Assembly: GCA_002410925.1 (NCBI GenBank)
Contig: DHPR01000011.1
Span: 11,676 to 75,675 of the forward strand
Direction of reading: 5' to 3'
DNA length: 64,000 nt
DNA from: a bacterium UBP13_UBA5359
Lineage (GTDB): Bacteria; UBP13; UBA5359
The position numbers were made by a program, and so were the translations under genes. Positions 47,614-55,477 of this stretch are shown one piece after another. Below the pieces are notes generated by a model. That model ran no database searches. It was not told the origin of the DNA and saw only the letters and a list, made by a program, of their open reading frames with translations. Every line of letters starts with the position of its first letter. Within the stretch, counting starts at the first letter, position 1.

Positions 47614-48759
47614 TCAATTGCTTGCGCTATTTTGCCCGATTCCACTAGATTCTCTTACGATCAATTTAGGTTTTAATCGAACCTGCTTAAACTTAGTCGT
47701 CTTTTTGTTTATCTTATCTATTAACATTTCTACAGCTACTTTACACATATCTTTCCAAGGCTGAACGACCGTAGTTAGCGAAACCGGCAGGTCTGTGGCA
47801 AATCTTGAGTCATCAAATCCAACTATTGCTATGTCATTAGGTATGCTTAAATCATTATCTGCGATTATCCTCATCGAATTTACAGCAAGATACTCCATGG
47901 CAGCAAAACAGGCGGTTGAACCTTTATGCATGCCGGCAATTTTAATTATCTCGTGCTGCCAATCGCACTCGCCATCAACAAATACATAATCTGAATTATA
48001 TTGAAGCCCTGAATCAATAAGGGCCTGCTTATACCCCTCTAATCTCTCTTTTGCCGAAGTGCAGTTTCTTACCACAGGTTTGGTAAGATGGAGAATAGTC
48101 GTAAATCCGTTTAACACGAGATGCTTTACTGCCGTATAAGCTCCGTAATAATTATCACTTACTACATAATCCGTATCAACCTGCGGCAAATATCTATCAA
48201 TAAGGACAAATGGAAAGTCTTTATCAAGAACGATGTCTTCTATATATTCCTTATTTAATCTACCCTGCCCATTTTTACTGGCAAGCCAAATAATTGCTCC
48301 ATCGACGTTACTATTCCTCAGTTCTTCTATCCTCATTATCTCCATGGAATAATCGTCCTCAGAGTTACAGAAGATAAGGTGGTAACCGTTATTTCGACAT
48401 GTTCTCTCCAATCCTAGCACTGCGCCGGTAATTACTAAATTTGTTACTTCCGGAGCAATAAAAGCAATTGTTTTAAAATTTTTCTCAAGACTGACTCTTT
48501 TTTCGGGAATTATATTTACAAACGTTCCGTGCCTTGGCCTACGGTAAGCAAGACCTTCTTTTATCAACTCCGTAATTGCCTGTCTTGCAGTAACAATGCT
48601 AATAGCATACATTTTGCAAAGAGTTTCCAACGTGGGAATTTTATCACCTGAAAGCAACTCCTTGCTTAATATATCGCTCTTTATTATATCTTTCAGTTGA
48701 ATATATAAAGGAGTCGGATCATCTCTTTTTAATTGTTTCTTCATTCCCTTTTCAATCAT
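47614..48759 (-). CDS. Hybrid regulator: GntR-type wHTH fused to a LacI/periplasmic-binding-protein-type sugar-binding domain
   Basis: The N-terminus reads PLYIQLKDIIKSDILSKELLSGDKIPTLETLCKMYAISIVTARQAITELIKEGLAYRRPRHGTFV. The C-terminus has a Peripla_BP-like pattern (IAIVGFDD). Confidence 0.85.
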   Translation of the reverse strand: MIEKGMKKQLKRDDPTPLYIQLKDIIKSDILSKELLSGDKIPTLETLCKMYAISIVTARQAITELIKEGLAYRRPRHGTFVNIIPEKRVSLEKNFKTIAFIAPEVTNLVITGAVLGLERTCRNNGYHLIFCNSEDDYSMEIMRIEELRNSNVDGAIIWLASKNGQGRLNKEYIEDIVLDKDFPFVLIDRYLPQVDTDYVVSDNYYGAYTAVKHLVLNGFTTILHLTKPVVRNCTSAKERLEGYKQALIDSGLQYNSDYVFVDGECDWQHEIIKIAGMHKGSTACFAAMEYLAVNSMRIIADNDLSIPNDIAIVGFDDSRFATDLPVSLTTVVQPWKDMCKVAVEMLIDKINKKTTKFKQVRLKPKLIVRESSGIGQNSASN

Positions 48760-48771
48760 TTCAGTAATACT

Positions 48772-48816
48772 GTCCTTATATTCTTTATATTCTTTATATT
48801 CTTAACATTCTTTATA
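48772..48816. repeat. Five tandem 9-mers (TTCTTTATA and variants) directly upstream of the hybrid regulator gene
   Basis: The + strand reads TCCTTATA TTCTTTATA TTCTTTATA TTCTTAACA TTCTTTATA. The array starts 13 nt from the ATG at 48759. Confidence 0.7.
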
Positions 48817-49124
48817 TGAAGAATATCACTATTGTATAAAAAGTCAAGCGATAAATTTTCCTCCTCAGGGGCATCGTTTTTAACACAGGGGAAATGAATC
48901 GATCAAAAAGAGAGCTGGAAACGCCACAAATTGGAAAGAGATTCTTTAAATGCTGGATGACTTTGCAGATTATAGAAAGCGCAAGAGTATTCCTCTCTTT
49001 TTGTTCTGCAACCTTCTTGTGCATAAGGCGCTGCAGAGGAACCTGAAACCGGGAATAGAAGAGAAGAGAAAGCTCTGCTGGGCGGTGCGTTGCTTTATGT
49101 TGATATTTCTTGCTATAATATCGT

Positions 49125-50009
49125 ATGGTAAATCGCTTCTTTACAGATAGCATGATAGATGTCCTGGGATCGTCGCACAGCAGGACAATAATCTGCACGC
49201 AACTCCCGGCTGAAGCTCCATCTCTTGATGATCCCCGGCATAAGGCCTGGGCTGCAGAGAACTCGGATAGTCATTCTCATATGGAAGTGCTGGTGTCTCT
49301 GTGTGGAGAAACGCACTACGGCTTCCATGGCGACGTTTATCCGTGTCGTCCCGGCACTGTCATGATATTCGAGCCCCTGGAAGAGCACGATTCATACTAC
49401 CCCGACTGGTCTCCGGATGTGGACCATCTATGGTTCCATTTTACCCATAACAGTATCCTATTCAGGATATTGCATATCCGCGAAGGAGCACTTCAGAAGC
49501 TTATCCCTGGTGGGCGCCTGGAGATTCCGGGAACGTTGGCTGAATATCTCAGACAGGGCCTGCTGCTGCAGGTCGACTCGATGAATGCTGCACCGGTGAT
49601 GCTCAGACAGAGAGTGGACGCGATTCTTTCCATTCTCATATTTGAAGTCGTCCAGGCAGGATACCAGGCCGAATCTCCTGCAGACAAGGAAGAATTCCAT
49701 CGGCAGATAATTACGACCATTGAGCGTCATATACAAAAAACGTCCGGCTGCGGCATGAATCTGTCCAGCCTTGCCCGCATGAGCGGCTACAGTCCATTTT
49801 ATTTCGCGCGCATCTTCAAGCAGCACACTGGATGCTCTGTGCACCGATACATCGATATGTGCCGGAGAGCCCGCGTCAGAGAGATGCTGACGGAAGGATG
49901 CAAGATGAAGCAGATTGCAGATAGGTTAGGTTTCTCCTGCCCCTCCGCCTTTTCCAGGTGGTATAAGGCTAATTCAACCAAGAAGATACCGACACCAACA
50001 ATTGAGTAG
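49125..50009 (+). CDS. AraC-family transcriptional regulator (cupin sensor plus HTH)
   Basis: The C-terminus reads LSSLARMSGYSPFYFARIFKQHTG...IADRLGFSCPSAFSRWYK. A TATAAT at 49114..49119 lies only 5 nt before the ATG, so the transcript may be leaderless. The start is uncertain. Confidence 0.8.
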   Translation: MVNRFFTDSMIDVLGSSHSRTIICTQLPAEAPSLDDPRHKAWAAENSDSHSHMEVLVSLCGETHYGFHGDVYPCRPGTVMIFEPLEEHDSYYPDWSPDVDHLWFHFTHNSILFRILHIREGALQKLIPGGRLEIPGTLAEYLRQGLLLQVDSMNAAPVMLRQRVDAILSILIFEVVQAGYQAESPADKEEFHRQIITTIERHIQKTSGCGMNLSSLARMSGYSPFYFARIFKQHTGCSVHRYIDMCRRARVREMLTEGCKMKQIADRLGFSCPSAFSRWYKANSTKKIPTPTIE

Positions 50010-50025
50010 GCATCTTCTGTCCTGT

Positions 50026-50410
50026 TTACTTGCCGAAGGCCTTGTCAAAGACCCTGTCTGGCTTGGGGAAAGGATTCCACTTGTCGGCAAAATCACGATA
50101 GCCTGCCTCCCAAGCGGCCATAACTACAGGCAAGTGCATGAAGTTGGGGGGTGACTATGTTAACAAAGTCCATCCGCTCACCCGCAGGCAGAGCCGACTC
50201 ACGCCGGAACATCTCTTCATAACTGCCGTATACTCTGTCTGCAGATAGAAAGAGTTCCCGACCGGTCTCATGGAGCTTATCGGCATTTGAACTGAAGGCA
50301 CTGCAGACCGACTCTATCTTGCCGTCCAGCCTGGCGACCATACGGTGTATCGCTCCTATAAAGGCGTCTTTGCCTCTACCTACCATTCCCATACACATCC
50401 TGCGTTTCAT
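50026..50410 (-). pseudogene. N-terminal relic of a Gfo/Idh/MocA oxidoreductase (frameshift at a G6 run, then truncated)
   Basis: The sequence MKRRMCMGMVGRGKDAFIGAIHRMVARLDGKIESVCSAFSS...ERMDFVNIVTP is the conserved N-terminus of a ~390-aa family. After the homopolymer at 50146..50151 the +1 frame continues NFMHLPVVMAAWEAG. The sequence then diverges and stops. Confidence 0.55.
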
Positions 50411-50424
50411 GGAACCTCTCTTTT

Positions 50425-51600
50425 TTACGATTGTATGCTTGACCACATGCCGTTCTTTTTGGAACGCAGAGCCGCTTCCAGCACCAGCATCTCGGCGTGC
50501 CCATCCCGAAAAGCGGGATATTTGTAATCAGGCTCCTGCTCGGCATCCTTCAAAGTTATGGCGGTGTAGAAATCGCTGAACAGGTTAAGCATGGCATCCA
50601 TATAACCCATAGGGTGCCCTGAGGGCAATTTGGCGTACTTTCGGGTGCTCTCCATCTGCAAAAGTGGAGATTCAAAGAATATCTGGTTAGCCTCATTCCT
50701 GTGCCCCATCCACAGCTCGGCTGGCCGCTCATGGTTCCAGGCAATGGAGCCTTCAGAGCCGTATATCTGAATGTCTATATGGCACTTCCTGCCGGCCGCA
50801 AGCTGAGAAGTGGTGAAGGTGCCTCTGGCCCCGCCTTCAAAGCGCAACAGCATGGCCCCGTACTCATCCAGCTCAACCGAGACTTCTTCATACTCCGTAT
50901 CCGCCGTGCCGGAGAATGTCAGCACCTGTCCCCATTTGGGACGCTTTCTAGAAGGCAGTGTGGTGCGAACGTCCGCCATGACTTCCTCTATCTTCAAGCC
51001 TGAGATAAACTGAGCCAGATCACACCAGTGGCTTCCCAAATCACCGATAATGTTGGATACCCCCGCCATTTGCGGATCGAGCCGCCAAGAGTAATCGGTG
51101 GCATAAAGGAGCCAGTCCTGCAGATAGCTGCCGCTGATATTGTAAATCGTGCCGATGTCTCCCCGGGCTATGCGAGCTGCCGCCTCCTGCAGCACCGGGT
51201 AATATCTATAACAAAAGCCTATGCCGGTAACACGGTCATGTTTCTCCGCCAGTTGGACCAGTTGCCCGGACTCAGCGGCGCTGAGCGCCAGCGGCTTCTC
51301 AGAAAAGACGTGCTTGCCGGCCTCCATAGCCCGACTGTTTATCTCAAAGTGCAGGTTGTTGGGCGTGCAGTTATGAATTACATCTATGCTGTCATCCTGC
51401 AGGATCTCTTCGGCGCCGTCATAAACCCGCGGTATGCCGTAGCGGGCCGCAGTCGTTCGGGCAATGCCCATGTCCCTGTCTGCAACCCCGGCTATTTCCA
51501 GACCGGGCAGACGCAGAAGTTGCTCTATATGCACTACTCCGATATATCCGGTTCCGATAACAGCTACTCTGTATCGCTTCATCGTTATCTCCTTTGGCAT
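50425..51600 (-). CDS. Gfo/Idh/MocA-family oxidoreductase
   Basis: The Rossmann motif is VAVIGTGYIGVVH and the EKP motif is FSEKPLALS. The protein is 391 aa. Confidence 0.85.
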   Translation of the reverse strand: MPKEITMKRYRVAVIGTGYIGVVHIEQLLRLPGLEIAGVADRDMGIARTTAARYGIPRVYDGAEEILQDDSIDVIHNCTPNNLHFEINSRAMEAGKHVFSEKPLALSAAESGQLVQLAEKHDRVTGIGFCYRYYPVLQEAAARIARGDIGTIYNISGSYLQDWLLYATDYSWRLDPQMAGVSNIIGDLGSHWCDLAQFISGLKIEEVMADVRTTLPSRKRPKWGQVLTFSGTADTEYEEVSVELDEYGAMLLRFEGGARGTFTTSQLAAGRKCHIDIQIYGSEGSIAWNHERPAELWMGHRNEANQIFFESPLLQMESTRKYAKLPSGHPMGYMDAMLNLFSDFYTAITLKDAEQEPDYKYPAFRDGHAEMLVLEAALRSKKNGMWSSIQS

Positions 51601-52626
51601 TTATTTCATCAGCAGACTGGTGATATAGAAGCTCAATTCCTCGTAATCCCTGACTTGGCGCAACTCTTCCATGTAACTTTCGTTACAGCTCCTGACCTTC
51701 TGTACCAGCATCTCAAAGATCCTTTTGCTGTTGGACAGATGCTTCATGGATACGTCTCTCGGCTGGGTACGCAGCACCTTGATGTCCAGGCCTACATACT
51801 CGCCGTCGTTGCCGTAGCCATATTTATCCAGGATATACACCTGGCTGAAGGCCCGGCCCAGGTTGACGCTGCCAAAGGTCTTGTCCTCATCAAACTTCAA
51901 CCCATTCTGGTCGTTAAGATGTATGCCCCAAAGTTTGCTAAAGGAGAGAGCAAAGCCCATCTCTTCTGACGGCTCCAGGTTGGCCAGTATAGCATGGGCG
52001 CTCTCTATCAATATGCCTACCCTGTCCGGATCAATCGTTCTGGAGGCTATGGCCAGAAAATGCCCGGTGGTGGGACAGAAGGTGCTGTCCATGGGCTCGT
52101 TGGGCTTCATTTCGCCCAATATACGGATATCTTTATCGTAATTCAGGAGCATGTCGATATACTCCACAAACCTGTCGGCTGCCACCTTAGGATCCTTGGC
52201 TTCGCGAATATACGTCCCTTCCCGGGCCGGCCAGAGCACTATCCTCTTCGTTCCCAAAGCATTGGCTATATCTACCGCTCTCTTTGATCTATCAAAGGCA
52301 TATTGTCTGCACACTGTGCTGTTGGATGTCCAGCCCCCGTCTACAACCTGCGGGTGTTCCCAGAGCCTGGGAGCCACAAACTCGGCTTCCAGGCCCATAT
52401 CATCCAGCATAGCCTTAAGCTCTTTGAGACGCTTCTCCTGCTCAGCTAACGGCAAAGCGATGTCTACGGCATCGTCGTCGTGAAACTGGATACCCCCAAA
52501 GCCTTCCTTGACGGCAAAATCAAGCTTCTCCTTAAAGGAAAATGAATCCCGGGTTACCGGCCCGAAGGGATCTGCCCCTTCGTGAATATTCCATGGTCCG
52601 AATGAGAATCTGTAGGTTCCTGCCAC
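51601..52626 (-). CDS. Xylose-isomerase-like TIM-barrel protein (class-I XylA-like N-terminus)
   Basis: The N-terminus reads FSFGPWNIHEGADPFGPVTR...GFGGIQFHDDD. A GTG start follows an AGGAGG SD. The stop codon abuts the start of the next gene. Confidence 0.75.
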   Translation of the reverse strand: MAGTYRFSFGPWNIHEGADPFGPVTRDSFSFKEKLDFAVKEGFGGIQFHDDDAVDIALPLAEQEKRLKELKAMLDDMGLEAEFVAPRLWEHPQVVDGGWTSNSTVCRQYAFDRSKRAVDIANALGTKRIVLWPAREGTYIREAKDPKVAADRFVEYIDMLLNYDKDIRILGEMKPNEPMDSTFCPTTGHFLAIASRTIDPDRVGILIESAHAILANLEPSEEMGFALSFSKLWGIHLNDQNGLKFDEDKTFGSVNLGRAFSQVYILDKYGYGNDGEYVGLDIKVLRTQPRDVSMKHLSNSKRIFEMLVQKVRSCNESYMEELRQVRDYEELSFYITSLLMK

Positions 52627-52816
52627 TGTGCTTTACCTCCTGCCAACGTATAGTAATTTCATCTAAATAGGCAAAATTCATAGCCCACCGTCTGAGAGCT
52701 CAGGTTTTATTAAAACATTATTACGCATTGCGGCAGCAGAACAAGATGCTAAAGTTGCTTTTATGCGCACATTTATTGCTATAATGAGGGAAGCTGCCAC
52801 AGGTGTAGTATTACCC

Positions 52817-53656
52817 TTATACCGCATGGGTGCTGATACAGCCAATTCGTCCCAACTGCGAATCCTCCAGCAAGCGGAGGAAGTTACCGGCCAGGATCTT
52901 CTTCTTAATCTCATCGGGTAAGGTCAAGAACGTTACTTGCCCTAGATCGAAGCGAGGATCGAGATTGATCAAGTCACTGCCGTAGATCAGACGGTCTTCT
53001 CCTGTCATGGCAACATAATCCTCCATGGAATAGGTATTCCCAAGAGAGCCGCATGTTTCCATGTAGAGGTTGGCATAATCGCTCATCAGTTTTACGTATT
53101 TGTCGGTGCAGGCCGCACTGCCTCCGCCCTGGTGAGCTGTAACAAATTTCAGGCTCGTCCGATCCTTGACCGCTCTTTCGATATCGGCCATGGCCTCCGC
53201 CGCCCAGCCCCAGACATGGCATAAGACCGGACATCCGGCTTCAGCGGCAAAGTCCAGCGCATAATCATACTCCGGGCATGCCAGAGGTCCATGGTAGCCG
53301 GCCAAAAACTTGAAGCCGACGAAGGACGTATTGCCGGAATACTTGTCGATGGCAGCTTTGACGGCATCCATACCGCGCTGCGGGCAGACAAAGATATAGC
53401 CGTATATGCGTCCCGGCCAGGCGGCGGCAGAGGCAGCTGCCGTACCGTTGGTAAGCTCCATATCTCCAAGGAGCAGGCTATGCGGTGCGGTGACGATGCA
53501 GTCTATCCCCAGGAGATCCATAAGGGCAATTATTTCTGCATCGGTGCGGATCGACTGATACCAGCCATTATATGAGCTGTTTCCGGTATGGGTATGGGCA
53601 TCTATCACCGGCGCCGATATCGGCAGCCCTGCATAGGCTTCATCTCTTATTTCCAT
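52817..53656 (-). CDS. Amidohydrolase-2 family protein (lactonase/decarboxylase-type metal hydrolase)
   Basis: The N-terminal metal motif is VIDAHTHTG. The later motifs VTAHQGGG and LIYGSD are present. Confidence 0.7.
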   Translation of the reverse strand: MEIRDEAYAGLPISAPVIDAHTHTGNSSYNGWYQSIRTDAEIIALMDLLGIDCIVTAPHSLLLGDMELTNGTAAASAAAWPGRIYGYIFVCPQRGMDAVKAAIDKYSGNTSFVGFKFLAGYHGPLACPEYDYALDFAAEAGCPVLCHVWGWAAEAMADIERAVKDRTSLKFVTAHQGGGSAACTDKYVKLMSDYANLYMETCGSLGNTYSMEDYVAMTGEDRLIYGSDLINLDPRFDLGQVTFLTLPDEIKKKILAGNFLRLLEDSQLGRIGCISTHAV

Positions 53657-54401
53657 CTTATCCCCTCCTGCACGGACCGCCAGTTGCCTGAGAATATTGC
53701 GGCTTTATCATCGTCGGAGATGCGGCTGTAAAGGATCAGCCCCAACGCTCCGGCGGGAAGATACTGCGGCATGGCGCTGCCGAAAAGAAAACGCCCACTG
53801 CCGTATTTGGATACAGCTTCCTCTATAAAACAGGTATCCATCATGATGCTGACGTCGAAGAAGACGTTCTCCAGTTTGTTTAGAAGCGGCCTCGTATACC
53901 TGGTTTGATTGATAGCCTGCCTCAGCATAACAAATCTGATATTGGGAAAAGAGGCGGCCAAGGCAGGCAAGCCGTCATATGCCGGGTATTGATCCGGGTT
54001 CAGCAGAACGGGAAGCCCCAGTTCATTGATTACCTCTAGCAGTTCTCCGGCATAGAAGGCATCCAGTATATAGCCTTCAGTTCTGGGATAGAGCCTGACG
54101 GCTGCCGGTCGTTCCGCTCTGAGTTGCGTCAGCAACTTATCCTGTGAGGGAATCTCGCTGCCGCCCAGATCGGGACGCAGGACGTAGCAGGATGCAACAC
54201 GCCCCCGGATTTCCCGGCTGCATCCAATGCCAACTGGTTGCCCATGACCACATCCCGCAACGCTTCCATATGAAAAGCCACGGACTTCGATATGCGATAC
54301 GTGTCCATGACCTGTAAAAGACCGTTCAAATCGTGAAAACGCGGGCGCACTCCCACCGGATAACCCAGCCCACAATTGATATCTACAATCTCAAAGTCCA
54401 T
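53647..54401 (-). pseudogene. Amidohydrolase-like gene split by a 1-nt frameshift in a C5/G5 run
   Basis: The 90-aa ORF (MDFEIVDINCGLGYP...AAGKSGG) and the 242-aa ORF (...RVASCYVLRPDLGG...FLFGSAMPQY...) are consecutive parts of one protein. They join at the homopolymer at 54202..54206. Confidence 0.55.
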
Positions 54402-54407
54402 AGCTCG

Positions 54408-55241
54408 TCAACCTCTCCCCAGATTGCTCTCCATATACGCCATATTGGCAAAAGCGCTCTCTCGATTGGTTGTAGGCGATTTATCCAGTTCCACCGTCAG
54501 ATAGCCCTCGTAGCCGCCCTTTTCCAACACATCAAAAACGGACGGCAGGTCGACATCGCCCTGTCCCAATTCAAGGAAGCCGCTAAAAACCTCAAAACCC
54601 TGCTTTTCAGATTCGTCCGCCTTGATATCTCTTAGCCTCTTGACGTCCTTGATATGGGTAAATTGAATGCGATCGATATACCTGGCAAATATCTCCGCCG
54701 GGTCACATTCACCCACCATCAGATGAGCGGTGTCCGGTCCCAGGGCCACCAGATCGGGATCCGTATTCTTCATGACGAAGTCGATCTCCGGCTCGTACAT
54801 GATCATGGTCCGTGCGTGCGGATGGACACAGGGAACGATGCCATAAGGCTTGGTCAATTCTCCGATCCTTTCCACCACCTTCACCACGGCGGCCAACTCT
54901 TCCTCTGTAGCGCCGCCCTCCTTGCCCGGAGCCTGCAAACTCATACGCTTCACCTTATTGGCCGCCAGAAAGTCAAGCGAACGCTCAACCAGCCCGATAT
55001 CCTGAGCATAATCGCCGGTCTGCCAGAAATAGAAGCTGACAGGATAGGCGCCGTATTCATCGGTAATAGCCTGAAACCCCTTGAGATCGTCGGCAAATAG
55101 CTCGACGGCTGCCACCACGCTCTCAAAGCGATAGAATCCAGCCTCACTTATATCTTTCAGCGCCTCGGCCATCTGCTCCTTCTCCGCCAGTCCCCAGGGC
55201 CATACGGCATAAGCCAGTTGTTCCTTCTTCATTGATCCCAT
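54408..55241 (-). CDS. Sugar phosphate isomerase/epimerase (xylose-isomerase-like TIM barrel)
   Basis: The protein is 277 aa. It has the blocks CVHPH, FTHIKD and TVELD. Confidence 0.8.
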   Translation of the reverse strand: MGSMKKEQLAYAVWPWGLAEKEQMAEALKDISEAGFYRFESVVAAVELFADDLKGFQAITDEYGAYPVSFYFWQTGDYAQDIGLVERSLDFLAANKVKRMSLQAPGKEGGATEEELAAVVKVVERIGELTKPYGIVPCVHPHARTMIMYEPEIDFVMKNTDPDLVALGPDTAHLMVGECDPAEIFARYIDRIQFTHIKDVKRLRDIKADESEKQGFEVFSGFLELGQGDVDLPSVFDVLEKGGYEGYLTVELDKSPTTNRESAFANMAYMESNLGRG

Positions 55242-55477
55242 TTCACTATACCTCCATTTGCAAAATACTTCGATTATTTATCGGCAGCTATATATTCTAT
55301 ATCCAGGACGAAGCAAACCACAAATTCCAGCGCCGTTGAACGATTCCTGAATAGCTCTCTGGGAATTGGCGTATTCCAGATGGTTGGCCGTGCCGTTAAG
55401 GGCACAGACGCCATCGATCATATCCGGTTAACACCATCTCAAGGCAGAGGCATGGTTTTAACATACCGGTTGCCTCC

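Noticed and set aside
49090-49127. Possible leaderless AraC transcript (TTGCTT-18-TATAAT ending 5 nt before the ATG)
   Set aside because: It rests on a by-eye promoter match, and the true start codon of the AraC gene is uncertain (an alternative ATG lies at 49152). It is noted in the feature evidence only.
48812-49198. 128-aa minus-strand ORF in the regulator/AraC intergenic region
   Set aside because: It is AT-rich and has no SD. It overlaps the AraC start and its candidate promoter, and the sequence looks non-protein-like. It is treated as intergenic.
51028-51969. 313-aa plus-strand ORF
   Set aside because: It is antisense to the well-supported Gfo/Idh/MocA and XylA-like genes and crosses their junction. 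It has no motifs and is judged a shadow ORF. The same reasoning applies to 61721..62416, 5146..5715, 9293..9886 and 24214..24753.
55294-55443. 49-codon ORF (MIDGVCALNGTANHLEYANSQRAIQESFNGAGICGLLRPGYRIYSCR) between the DegT and TIM-barrel genes
   Set aside because: It has no convincing SD and no recognisable family, and it is too short to support from sequence alone. It could be a gene fragment, so it is left unannotated.
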